From positions 15,562,001 through 15,626,000 of the forward strand of contig NC_043025.1 in the NCBI RefSeq assembly GCF_006345805.1: a stretch of 64,000 nucleotides of DNA, in the 5' to 3' direction. The stretch comes from Octopus sinensis (taxonomy: Eukaryota). The first letter of the stretch is position 1. Each line of letters starts with the position of its first letter. Under the pieces are notes generated by a model. It was not told the origin of the DNA. It did not search any database and saw nothing but the letters and a program-made list of their open reading frames with translations. The position numbers and the translations under genes were made by a program. This document shows positions 25,343 through 37,559 of this stretch, piece after piece.

Positions 25343-25785
25343 TATATATATATTTGTGCAGCGATTTCATTGCTGTCAGGCACCTGTTTCAAAGACAGGT
25401 GACGCTGATGAACTTAGCCTTTGATTTACAAGTCACTTTTGGATGACCTGCCTGAAGTGATGTTATCTCAACCGACAGCACATAAGGAGTGGAAACAATC
25501 AAAATGTATTCCAATGTTGCCAAAAAATGGATGCTAGAATGATTTTGACAACGTTCCCAAATAGGCTTGCTGTCAAGAAATATGATTATTTGCATATAAA
25601 ATATGTACAAACAGTGTTATTCCATATCGAATAAAACCCAAAATTTATGCAATATGTTATTCCATATTTTTATACCAGAAGAATTATCTAATTTGATGCC
25701 ATTCCACTTGGAAACAAACTTTTGTAGGTGACCTTAAACTTTTGGAGAGTAGTGGATGTGTGTGTGCGTATATATATTTATTTAT

Positions 25786-26002
25786 GAGGTGGTGAGCTGG
25801 CAGAAATGTTAGCACACCGAGCAAAATGCTTAGCGGTATTTCGTCTGTCGTTACGTTCTGAGTTCAAATTCTGCTGAGGTCGACTTTACCTTTCATCCTC
25901 TCGGGGTCGATAAATAAAGTACCAGTTTCGCACTGGGTCGATGTAATCGACTTAATCCCTTTGTCTGTCCTTGTTTGTCCCCTTGTGGGTAGTAAAGAAA
26001 TA
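25786..26002 (+). mobile_element. SINE family 2
   Basis: TGGCAGAAATGTTAGC...GAGTTCAAATTC; TATATATTTATTT flanks both sides (possible TSD). Confidence 0.85.
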
Positions 26003-26152
26003 TATATTTATTTTATTGGCCTACTCGCTTAGCCAGCGGGGTGGCATCATTTGAAGGCTAAAACAATGCAAAGCGCATTGTGACCAGCGATGTGTAGCAA
26101 CATCTGATAGCCTGGTCGGTCACAGTGATATATATTTATTTATATATATATA

Positions 26153-26382
26153 TGTTTCTTTATTGCCCACAAGGGGCTAAACAGAGGGGACAAACAAGGA
26201 CAGACAAACGGATTAAGTCGATTACATCGACCCCAGTGCGTAACTGGTACTTAATTTATCGACCCCGAAAGGATGAAAGGCAAAGTCGACCTCGGCGGAA
26301 TTTGAACTCAGAACGCAACGACAGACGCAATACCGCTAAGCATTTCGCCCGGTGTGCTAACGTTTCTGCCAGCTCGCCGCTT
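26153..26382 (-). mobile_element. SINE family 2, inverted relative to 25786-26002
   Basis: Nearly identical to 5183-5411. Confidence 0.85.
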
Positions 26383-26385
26383 ATT

Positions 26386-26421
<36 letters not shown>

Positions 26422-26884
26422 GTAGAAGAGAGAGAAAGTGGGTAGAGTATTTTAATAGATAAGAAAAATCAAGACTGACATCTCCAACCACTGGACATGT
26501 TTCTACATGTTCACTCTAAAACTGGGGTTCCTATGACCCTTACAGGTGCATAGAAGATTTTGTTAACTGCAATCAAATACTTATGCTTCCTACAATACAC
26601 AAAATATCTTCATTTCTTTTTATACAATTCCTAATAGAAATATAGTGATTGTGGCCATGCTGGAGCACCGCCTTTAAGATTTATTTTTATATACATTGAA
26701 TGGCTATAGAGGTCCAGTAGAGTAAAATAGCAATAACAGGGGTCCTCAAGCAAAAAACAGTGAAGGGCCGCTGCTCTAGATAAGCTGTACCCAGCTGGAG
26801 CAACAGTGGACATAGCAAACCACCTCATACGTCTCTCATCATCTTATCTAGCTATTTCATAATTAACAAACAGCATTTCTAATG

Positions 26885-27240
26885 TGTATATGTCATCATC
26901 ATTGTTTGACCGTGGTCGAGACAATGGAATTTACCATGCTACGCCAGACTTCACAGTCCATCATAGCATTACGGAGGTCCTGTTGCTGGATGCCTGTATC
27001 CCTGGAGATTGCATCAGGGTAGGAGAGTGTGCGCCCTCTGGTATTGCGAGTAGATGGCTTCCAGAGGAGAAGAGCAGAAATTGCCTCATTTTCAGCTCTA
27101 CAACAATGTCCAGCAAACTGGACTCTTCTACCTTTCACAAGAGATGACACAGGTGGTAGTTTCCCATATATTTGCATTTTGGTTGGATGGTGCTTCCACG
27201 AGAAATTTTGAGCTCTCATAAGGAGGCGAGTGTAAACATT
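26885..27240 (-). pseudogene. RTE-clade LINE 3' end (RT C-terminus)
   Basis: YTRLLMRAQNFSWKHHPTKMQIYGKLPPVSSLVKGRRVQFAGHCCRAENEAISALLLWKPS...RGRTLSYPDAISRDTG; ends in a TGATGATGA tail. Confidence 0.75.
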
Positions 27241-28071
27241 GGCTTGTAAACAAATGCACTCAGCTCCCTCTGCAGGGTGGTTGGTGTTAGGAAGGGCATT
27301 CAGCCATAAAAACCATGCCAAAACAGACAAGTCTGGTGTAGGTTCCTGCCTGGTCAGCTCCTGTCAAACTGTTCAATCCATACCAGCATGGAAGGAAGAC
27401 ATTAAATGATGATGATTATATATATGCCATCATCATCATTTGGCATCTGTTTTCCTGGCATAGGTTACAGGGTTTGACTGGAACTGGTAAGCAGAATTGC
27501 ACCAGGTTCCAGTCAGATTTTGGTTTGGTTTCTGCAGCTGGATGCCCTCCCTAATGCCAACCACTCAAAGAGTGTAATGGGTGCCTTTTAGGTGTCACTG
27601 TCACAGGTGCCTTTTACGGGTCACTGTCACGGGTGCCTTTTACGTGTCACTGGCACAAGTATTTTTACATTTGTCACTGGTCAAAACTATGGTTTCACTT
27701 GGCTTGACCGGTCTTCTCAAGCTCAGCAAATCCATAAAGACCTCGATGACTTGTCATTGCCTCCATGAGATCCAATACTCAAAGAGATCCAATGAAGAAG
27801 AAAGGGATTAAAAATCCAGGCAGATATCAATAAAGCACTGTGTTATACGAATTTGGTTAACGACATCGAACAACCAGGTACCAATAAATGCAAGTAGAAT
27901 ATACACACAAGGTAATTTCTCAGGTATGACAAATGGATCCAAATATCGTTTAGAAGAATTCTGAGAAATTCAGGGTAACAGACAACAAAGGTACAGATAG
28001 AGAAAATCACAGAACACCCCATACCAAGCCAAAAGGTGGGTGGTGGTTCCCTACATTGGTGCTTTTACTAT

Positions 28072-28300
28072 TTAACACTTTGGCATTTAAACTGGCCATT
28101 TACGGCCAAAATATTCTCCCTGCTTTAGGTTCAAACTGGTCAGATGTGACCTCTCACACCAGCCCAACACTGGCACTCTAAAAATTAACAGCTACCTCAA
28201 CAAAATCTCAAAAGTCACAAAATAGTGCAGGATTAATTGAAAACAATGTGAATAAATAAGCGTTCCATTTGACAGAATAATCTAACTGCTAAAGGATTGA
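28072..28300. mobile_element. piggyBac-type MITE (decayed)
   Basis: Homologous to 5695-5922. Confidence 0.6.
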
Positions 28301-28533
28301 ATACCCCGATTCTTTTGGATCCTGAAAAATTTTATTATATATCGGGGGTCCCAGATGAACCTACCTCAAGACAGGAGACACAGATGCGGGCAGCGGCATT
28401 GAACTCCCTTGTTGACCAAGTGCCACGTATCAGAGGTGGATTCACATATTAGTGTAGCTCATTCAGCGGTGGTGCCCCAGCATGGCCGTGGCCTTCGGGT
28501 TAAAACATTTAAAAGGATTTAAGGATTTTTAAG

Positions 28534-28571
<38 letters not shown>

Positions 28572-28578
<7 letters not shown>

Positions 28579-28852
28579 ATCACGTGACCGACCAGACCAT
28601 CAGATGTTGTTACACATCGCTGGTCACAATGCATTTGCATTGTTTTAGCCTTCGAATGACGCCACCCCGCTGGCTAAGCGAGCAGGTCAACAGACGAAAG
28701 AGTGAAAGAAAGAGTGGTGAAAGAGTACAGCAGGGATCACCACCATCCCTGCCGGAGCCTCGTGGAGCTTTTAGGTGTTTTCGCTCAATAAACACTCACA
28801 ACACCCGGTCTGGGAATCGAAACCGCGATCCTACGACCGCCCTAACCACTTG
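28572..28852 (-). mobile_element. tRNA-headed SINE, family 4, with (TA)n tail
   Basis: AGTGGTTAGGG...GGTTTCGATTCCC head; 3' part also at 20260-20400 and 26015-26130. Confidence 0.75.
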
Positions 28853-29242
28853 GTTGTATGGTAAGAAGCTTGTTTCCCAACTACATGGTTCTGGGTTCAG
28901 TCCCACTGTGTGGCACCTTGGGCAAGTGTCTTGTACTATAGACTCAGGCCGACCAAAGCCTTGTGAGTGGGTTTGGTAGATGGAAACTGAAAGAAGCTTG
29001 TATGTATTTGTGTGTCTGTGTTTGTCTCCCACCATCACTTGACAACTGATGTTGGTGTTTACATCCCTGTAACTTAGTGGTTCAGCAAAAGAGAACAAGA
29101 GAATAAGTACTAGGCTTGCAATGAATAAGTCCTGCGGCTGATTTGTTTGACTAAAAGGCAATGCTCCAGCATGGCTGCAGTCAAATGATTGAAACAAGTA
29201 AAAAAGAAAGAGTGTGTGTGTGTGTATATATATATATATAAA

Positions 29243-29448
29243 GTTAATCCAAACATGAAAACACAAAGAGAAAACACAACAACGCGAGGACGTGGAACAA
29301 GTATTGTGTTATTGGACGCTCAGGAAAGAAGGAGGGTTTAACATTTCAAGCGGAGCTCTTCATCAGAAATATAGGAAAAGAAAAGATCCAAAGAAGGGAA
29401 GATGGAGGAAAAAAATATCGCCAACGGTACACATGCGGTCACATTTTG

Positions 29449-29450
<2 letters not shown>
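29243..29450 (-). mobile_element. Penelope-like terminal fragment, family A
   Basis: Homologous to 1-190; (TA)n at both ends. Confidence 0.6.
29336..29370 (-). ncRNA. Minimal type I hammerhead motif (CpG-decayed)
   Basis: ATTT-CTGATGA-A-GAGC-TCC-GCTT-GAAAT-GTT-AAAC. Confidence 0.6.
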
Positions 29451-29513
<63 letters not shown>

Positions 29514-29610
29514 TAGATACACACATAGACACAAAAATGAATGGTGCAAGGAAGAGGGGTCAACTATTTTAAAGGCTTTTAGTGTTTAGGTTTGTCAACA
29601 AAACACTTAC

Positions 29611-29652
29611 CTGATCTGTAAGTATCATGGTTCAAAGAGAGAGACAGGAGAT
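29611..29652 (-). other. Candidate 42-nt spliceosomal exon of an unidentified gene
   Basis: Branch-like CCTAAC, pyrimidine tract TTATATTTTTATCTCTTCCAAACTAG, perfect CAG|GTAAGT donor; one frame is open. Confidence 0.35.
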
Positions 29653-30589
29653 CTAGTTTGGAAGAGATAAAAATATAAGCTGTTAGGAAATTACATATAT
29701 CATTATCCTTTATATAATACATATACACACATATATATATACACTAAAGAAGGAAAAAAAGTATTAGGCTCAATCTGTTTGGCTGAACCCTTCAAGATGG
29801 TGACCCAGCATGGCCACAGTCCAATGATGAAACAAACAAAAGGTAAAAAGTGAATGCTAACCATAGGAAAGACTACTCTAGGATAAACATAGGAAATGGC
29901 CATAGGAGTGGCTGTATGGTAGGAAGCTTGCTTCCTAACCACATGGTCCTGGGTTCAGTCCCACTGCATGGCACCTTGCGACAACCAAAGCCTTGTGAGT
30001 GGATTTGGTAGAAGGAAAGAAGCCTGTCATGGATGTGTGTCTGTGTGTTCCCCCATTACCGCTTGACAACTAGTGTTGGTGTGTTTACATCCCCATAACT
30101 TAGCGGTTCGGCAAACAAGCCCAATAGAGTAAGTACCAGGCTTAAAAAATAAGTACTGGTGTTGATTCATTCGACTAAAAATTCAAGGTAGTGCCCCAGC
30201 ATGGTCGCAGTCCAATGACTGAAACAAGTAAAAGATAAAAGATGAGGAATATTGGTGGGGGCATTCTCATCGAGACTTTTAGCAAGTGTAAGCAATAACA
30301 GACCTGACATAGTTATTGAGGACAAGAGAGAGAGAGGTCAGCTGCTGTGTAGATGTTAACATCACATCTGAAATCAGTGAGGAGAAGAAGGTTTATGGGC
30401 AACTGCTTGCAAGTCTGCAGTCTATTTACCTTCATTATAAATTCATCTACACATACACACACATATAAACACAAATACACATATACACACATAAAAAACA
30501 CTAACATACACATAGGCATACACATACACATTGATATACACACGAAATTACATGGTTGCAAAATGAACTTCTTAACATGACTGTACTTG

Positions 30590-30620
<31 letters not shown>

Positions 30621-30782
30621 TGTGTATAATTCTGCAATACATAACACATCTCTATAATAACATACCATAATGAAGACATCATAATTAACAGATGTCTGTT
30701 GTTTAAGCATCAGAAACTGCAATTTACATCTGGGAAAAATGCCTTAAAAGACATAAATAAATAAATAAATGTGCCCTTTTAA

Positions 30783-31018
30783 AGCCTAGCCAGGCTCATG
30801 GGCCCGGTTTCCCGGTTTCTATGGTGTATGTGTTCCCCAGCTGGACGGGACGCCAGTCCATCGCAGCGTTACTCATTTTTGCCAGCTGAGTGGACTGGAG
30901 CAACGTGAAATGAAGTGTTTTGCTCAAGAACACAACGCGTCGCCCGGTCCCGGAATCGAAACCACAATCTTACGATTATGGTGCTGACACCTTAAACACT
31001 GAGCCACGTGCCTCCACT
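30783..31018 (-). mobile_element. tRNA-headed SINE, family 5
   Basis: GGCTCAGTGTTTAAG...GGTTTCGATTCC, then TTCTTGAGCAAAACACTTCATTTCACGTTGCTCCAG core; sisters at about 11930, 36050, 53990 and 55000. Confidence 0.8.
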
Positions 31019-31129
31019 TTTAAAAGACATACCATTAAAAAATGCAATATACTTCAGAGTTAATCCACTTTCATGATCACTTTTGGTTTGCCTAGTTCCA
31101 AAATATATTATGATTTTCTAACACTATAC

Positions 31130-31500
31130 CCCTTTAAAGGGATTTTTCCCTGAATGGGAAACAGCAGCCTCTAAGTCAACATCATCGGTAACCACTGATC
31201 CACAGGGTTTATGTCGGAGTTATCCCAGTTTCCTGAGTTACCTTCTCCTAGAAGGATGCCCTAACAAAGGCTCCCAATGGTTTAACCGCGCAATCGGGTA
31301 TTCAGTCCGATTATTTCTATACAGCCTTAAGACATTTATTGGATGGTTGTTGACTCTCAAGAGTTCCTCTGCCCTTTGACAGGTTTTGTTTTTCATCCCG
31401 CAGGTTGTCCAATAAACACCCTCCTCACCAAGCAAGCTTGGTGGGGTTGCCAGTTTAGTCGCTGATGACCCGACCATGCAACAGGTTGTACTGGGTTAAA
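31130..31500 (-). mobile_element. Probable RTE LINE 5' UTR fragment
   Basis: TAGGGCATCCTTCTAGGAGAAGGTAACTC resembles RTE 5' UTR motifs as I recall them; no search was run. Confidence 0.35.
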
Positions 31501-32599
31501 TGTTACAAGTAGCACTCAAAAGTGACCCGACATAACATATATATCATCATCATCGTTTAACGTCTGCTTTCCATGCTAGCATGGGTTGGATGGTTCAACT
31601 GGGGTCCGGGGAACCAGAAGGCTGCACCAGGCTCAGTCTGATTTGGCAGTGTTTCTACAGCTGGATGCCCTTCCTAATGCCAACCACTCCATGAGTGTAG
31701 TGGATGCTTTTTACGTGCCACTGGTCGGAGGCCAGTCGGGGCGGCGCTGGCAACGGCCACGTTCGGATGGTTCTCTTACGTGCCACTGACACTGATATCA
31801 CAACTACAATTTCCATTGATGTTGATCGATTTCGATTTTGATATACACACACACACACACACACACATTGCAAAATTGCCATTTCAGATGAGAGACCCTA
31901 ATCATTAAGTTTTGCTTAGAACTCCATGTAAATCCATGCATCTCCAAACACCAATCAGGTGAACATAACCTGGACTCAGATTTTCTGCTCTTGTATGTTT
32001 GAGTGTATATGTATGCACATATAGATACGCATTATTGGCCACACATACTCAATGTATGGGTGTTGGTTTGTTTACCAGTTTGCTGCGGTAAAGCTCTTGG
32101 GTGACAATTCCCTCGTTATGTCAGGTGTCAAAACACCTGAAATTCATAGACAGGTGAAACAACTTGTCTTCAATCCCATTCAGGAGTGATGGATACTTTT
32201 GTGGCCGGTCAATATCATGAATCACACCGGGGATGAATCGTGTTGCCAGTCTATGACTGTATATAAATGGTTTAAGAACCATTCACTGGTATACCACAGT
32301 AATGCATATGTAAGATTAAACTCTGACTACCTGAGAGTTATAGGCAGGTGAGACAACTCACCTCCCACTGAATTCAGGACTGATGGATACCGATATCTTG
32401 CCATTTTTTTGTCATTCCCCCAAGCACTTCACCACAGCAAATTGACTAACAAACAAAAAATAAATCGTGAAAGTGTCATCAATAATGTTTATAACACTAA
32501 TGCAGCTTTTAATTCGTTACTGAATAAATAAATAAATATATAATATATATAATATATATAATGTTATGTTATGTTATCCAGTTTCAGCTCATGAGCTGT

Positions 32600-32995
32600 G
32601 GCCATGCTGGGGCACCGCCATTTGGTGTTGCTACATGATTTTACCTCACGAATGCTTTTTAGCAACTGCCATTTGGTGCATGAGAGAGTTCGATGCAGCT
32701 GCCCTCATCTGCACCTCCTGCCGTGAAGTTGGTTCATCCGGACACCTGACAGGAAGAGATCCAGTCCTACTTTAAAGACATCTGCATCCACCCCATGCAG
32801 GTCCCTCAGGTTCTTCAGGAGGATATTGAAGAGCTGTGGACCTCTGAAGCCCAGGCTATCACAGTATCTTGTCCTACATCTTGATGGCAAATTTGGAGTC
32901 CTTGGCACGACGCAGTGGCGCCCAGTTCTGGCATTTGTGTAACTCTCGATGCCAAAGTTTGGGACAAGTCCTTCTAGGATCTTCCAGATGTGTAT
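32600..32995 (-). pseudogene. CR1-group LINE 3' end
   Basis: HIWKILEGLVPNFGIESYTNARTGRHCVVP...GFRGPQLFNILLKNLRDLHGVDADVFKVGLDLFLSG fits the CR1 C-terminal pattern. Confidence 0.75.
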
Positions 32996-33014
32996 ATATA
33001 TTATATATATATAT

Positions 33015-33520
33015 ATATAATTTAAAATGAGGGTGAGAAATTAGATATTAATTTAATTAACATCGATTTCACACCAGTGGTCTAGCATATAAAAAAACTG
33101 AAGGTTCAGTAAAAATTGTATTATATACATATTAGAGGGAAACCATCTGCAGCATCAGTTTTTCCGGTAATTTAGGGCGCCAAAACGAGGACATTTGAAA
33201 TAGTAACCACGAGTGTAATTAGGTAGGACTGTTTTACAAGTCTGACTTTGTGCGGACATCCTAGTATGCAGTCCTGCAAATTATATTCATCTGGATGGTC
33301 ACACCGATGATCTACGGACATTTATGTAAAGTAAAATTACGTAATAGTGAAACATGTATGCGAATAATCCATATTTTTATTACTTTTTCTTTTGTCTTTT
33401 TCGATTACATTTTGGTTGTTTTGCTAAAGTTTTCTTGAGAACATTTCTTAGTGGTAAGACCATAGTGGATCTATTTCTAGCATAAGGGTGTCCACATAGT
33501 GGTTACCCTCTAATATGTAT
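33015..33520. mobile_element. Penelope-like fragment, family C
   Basis: 18-bp inverted repeat CATATTAGAGGG(A/T)AACCA at about 33128 and 33500; hammerhead-like motif inside. Confidence 0.45.
33299..33363 (+). ncRNA. Degenerate hammerhead-like motif
   Basis: TCACA-CCGATGA-T-CTACG...CGTAATAGT-GAAAC-AT-GTA-TGCGA; stem I 4/5 paired; ACATGT palindromic helix III. Confidence 0.4.
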
Positions 33521-33527
33521 GTATATA

Positions 33528-33735
33528 TACTCTTTTACTTGTTTCAGTCAGTTGACTGCAGCCATGCTGGAGCACCGCCTTTAGTTGAGCAACTCAACCC
33601 CGGGACTTATTCTTTGTAAGCCCAGTACTTATTCCATCGGTTTCTTTTGCCGAACCACTAAGTGACATAAACCACCAGCATCGGTTGTCAAGCAATGCTA
33701 GGGGGACAAACACAGACACACAAACATATATATAT

Positions 33736-33769
<34 letters not shown>

Positions 33770-33937
33770 CATATATATGACGGGCTTCTTTCAGTTTCCG
33801 TCTACCAAATCCACTGACAAGGCTTTGGTCAGCCCGAGGCTATAGTAGAAGACACTTGCCTAAGGTGCCATGCAGTGGGACTGAACCCGAACCATGTGGT
33901 TGGTAAGCAAGCTACTTACCACTCAGCCACTCCTGCG

Positions 33938-33941
<4 letters not shown>
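33528..33941 (-). mobile_element. SINE family 1, full length
   Basis: Family 1 consensus. Confidence 0.9.
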
Positions 33942-33990
<49 letters not shown>

Positions 33991-34043
33991 CTTTAAATAT
34001 TTGTTGTGCAAGATTTTTTATGTGAAGTTGTGTGTTGAAACAG

Positions 34044-34242
34044 ATATTGTTGTATTTAGGAATGGTCATTTTGCCAGTTTAGCCAATAAAACACCGCACT
34101 ATATATTTAGGTGTTATTTTGCTTCAGTGTTATTTTGCTTCAGTGTTATTTTTAACAGTGAAGCAAAGTAACACCAAATATATAGTGTGTGTGTTTTTAT
34201 TGGCTAAACTGGCAAAATGACCATTCCTAAATACAACAATAT
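34044..34242. repeat. Foldback with ~85-bp arms
   Basis: ATATTGTTGTATTTAGGAATGGTCATTTTGCCAGTTTAGCCAATAAAA followed by its reverse complement; the arm also occurs singly at about 11320 and 20215. Confidence 0.85.
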
Positions 34243-34299
34243 ATATAAATATACTTTGGTGAAATTGATTAATAACTAATTAATTTTACCCTCAATTGT

Positions 34300-34327
34300 T
34301 GATATAATATATATATATATATACATA

Positions 34328-34358
<31 letters not shown>

Positions 34359-34384
34359 AACACATATATATTATATATATACAT

Positions 34385-34424
<40 letters not shown>

Positions 34425-35015
34425 CATACACACATATATATATATATATATACACATATATATATACATACACACATATATATATATATAATATTATATA
34501 TACAATACACACATATATATATCATATATACATACACATATATATATATATACATACACACATATATATATATATATTATACAACACACATATATATATA
34601 TATATAATACATACACATATATATATAATATATACATACACCATATAATATATATAATATAACATACACATATATATATAATACATACCACATATATATA
34701 TATATACATACACATCATATATATATATATACTATAACATACACACATATATATATTATATATATATATACATACACACATATATATATATATATATTAT
34801 ACATACACATATATATATATATACATACACATATATATATATATACATACACATATATATATATATATACATACACATATATATATATATACATACACCA
34901 TTATATATATATACATACACATATATATATATATATACACATACACATATATATATATATATATATATACATACACATATATATATGTATATATACACAC
35001 ACACACACACACACA
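34300..35015. repeat. Compound (TA)n/(CA)n microsatellite
   Basis: Seen directly. Confidence 0.95.
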
Positions 35016-35404
35016 ATCACTTGCCTATCATGCCCTCAGTACATTGTGGACTTTTCTGGCTAATATATGTAAAATTATATTGCAGCCTCCTCAGTATATC
35101 GTGGGTTTCTGCAGCTGACATGTATTTATATTTTTTTTTAGATTTCAATTATTTCTGTGGTAAAATAAACCATTTTCATGCTTAAAAATTAATGAATTAA
35201 TAAATAAAAATGTAGTACAGTATTGCACTGTATTAGACGTTAATTAAAATATGTTAAAAGAAAATGCGTAGTGTATCGTAGATGAGTAAACAAAGAACCG
35301 CACATACTGTATGGGAAACGAAACCTGGGAGGCGAGTGTGGGGTGTTGTTGCTGTATATACAAATTATAAAAATTTACAGTACTGTTTCTACTTCACAAA
35401 TTTT

Positions 35405-35460
35405 CACCTATTGCAGGGGGCTTTGGAATGTAACACCCACGATAGTCAAGGGATTACTGT
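35405..35460. mobile_element. pogo/Tigger-like TIR end
   Basis: Reverse complement CAGTAATCCCTTGACTATCGTGGG. Confidence 0.45.
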
Positions 35461-35659
35461 GTATGTGAGTGTATGTATATATACATATATATACATACAT
35501 ATATACATATGAGTGCAATACATACATACATACATACATATATACATACATATACATACATACATACATACATACAGATACATACACATACATACATATA
35601 CATAAACACACATACATACACACACACATACATACATACATACACACATATATATATAT

Positions 35660-36040
35660 TGTGAGAAAGGATCTACAGATGCTGGGACTCACAGAGGAGA
35701 TGACAGGGGACAGAGACCCCTGGCTGTTTGCTGTGCTTGAAAAGACATGTCAAGCTTCGTAAAAGAGTGGTTGCCATTTCATACAGGCCTTGTGTCCCCT
35801 GCATCCATCTCCAGGGCTTTTAGGGGCTGGTGTCAGGTAAGAAGCACCCGTGCCAGTGCTGCGTGAGAGCACCCAGTACACTTTCTAAAGTGGTTGGCAT
35901 TAGGAAGGGCACCCGGCCATAGAAACACTGCCAAAATAGGCAGGGAGCCTGAACAGCCCTTCAGCTGGTCAGCTCTGGTCAAACCATTCAACCAATGCCA
36001 ACATGGAAAACAGATATTAAATGATGATGATGATGATATA
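35660..36040 (+). mobile_element. RTE LINE 3' end: ORF terminus plus family 3 tail
   Basis: [33 protein letters not shown] runs into TTAGGAAGGGCA... and a (GAT)n tail. Confidence 0.7.
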
Positions 36041-36258
36041 TATTACAAAGATACATGGCCTAGTGGTTAGGGTATTGCACTCATAATCACAAGATAGGGG
36101 TTTCAATTCCTGGACTAGGTGATGCATTATATTCTTGAGCAAAACACATCATTTCACTTTGCTCCACTCTACTCAGCTATAAATGAGGGGCCCTGCAAAG
36201 GGCTGGCACCCTGATGTGGAGGGGGTATGTTGTAGCCTCCGCCATTTAGGCACCATGG

Positions 36259-36412
36259 GGGCCGGTCCCTGGAATTTTTCAAAGGGAGGGCACAAGGTCA
36301 AAAAAGAATAAAATTGCAGGAGAAAAGGGTGCAATAACATTATTTAGAAGGGTGCAGTTCTTTTCTTGAGGAGTGCATGTGCCCCTCAGGCACCCCTTTG
36401 GATCTACCCTTG
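36259..36412. mobile_element. Small hAT-like MITE with 8-bp TSD
   Basis: CACCATGG at 36251-36258 and 36413-36420; degenerate GGGCCGGTCC/GGATCTACCC termini. Confidence 0.5.
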
Positions 36413-36540
36413 CACCATGGAAACCAGGCAAGGGTCTTAAGACGCAAGACATATTTTTTTACTCACTTTTTTTTATCTACTTTCGTACTAAGGAAACCCC
36501 AGTTCACTATCTGGGTGTGCGTAAGTTCTGTGTGTGTGTA

Positions 36541-36619
<79 letters not shown>

Positions 36620-36623
36620 GATA

Positions 36624-36684
<61 letters not shown>

Positions 36685-37559
36685 TAGATACACACACACA
36701 CAAATGAATGTAGAAGTTTGAGTCAAGTAAATATCAATGCATAAGACCTTGTATGAACGTGCACACACACACATACACACTTATCTAAATCTGGAAGGAG
36801 AAAGGGAGGAAGAGGAGGTGGGTGGTCGTGAGAAAGGGGTGGGGGTGAGGAAATAAGGTTAGATAAACTATCAACATAATGTTATATTCTACCATCAACA
36901 TGGAACATGATCACAAGTCTCTCACGGCACATATGCCCAACAGATCTCAAGTCTCTCTCTCTCTCTCTCTCCTCTCTTCCTCTCACAGTTAACAGATTTC
37001 ATCTACACATCCCATACCAGCACACATACAGCACAGATCTCAAACACATACACACAACATAGATCTCTCTCTCTCTCACCCCTAACAGATTGCAGTACAT
37101 TTGTAGATGTGTACATGTACATTGCACACAGTAAACAGGGGTGTCTCTCTTTCTCACACTAGATCTCTCTCTCTCTCTCTTTCTCACACTAGAACTCTCT
37201 CTCTCTCTCTTTCTCACACTAGATCTCTCTCTCTCTCTCTTGCTCCCTCTCACACACATACAAAGGCAAATCGGTAGAATGGTTTCAGGGTGTCTGGGCA
37301 GTAAACTGGCAGAGACGTTAACGTATCAGATGAAATTTCTTTCAATATTTATTTTGGCTCTTCAATGTCCTGAGTTCAAATACTTCCAAGGAGGGCATCA
37401 CCAGTTATACCCCCCAGGGTCACTAAATAAACAAACAGTTCAAGACAATGGACTAACAGAATTGTTAGGGGTGGCACTACTTGTTATTCCACCTCTTTGT
37501 ACTCTGAGTTCAAACCCTGCTGTAGCTTCCGTATCTCTTACCTTTAATTTGTTACCTGG

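Noticed and set aside
34276-35664. Stack of YI/VC ORFs
   Set aside because: Microsatellite read-through.
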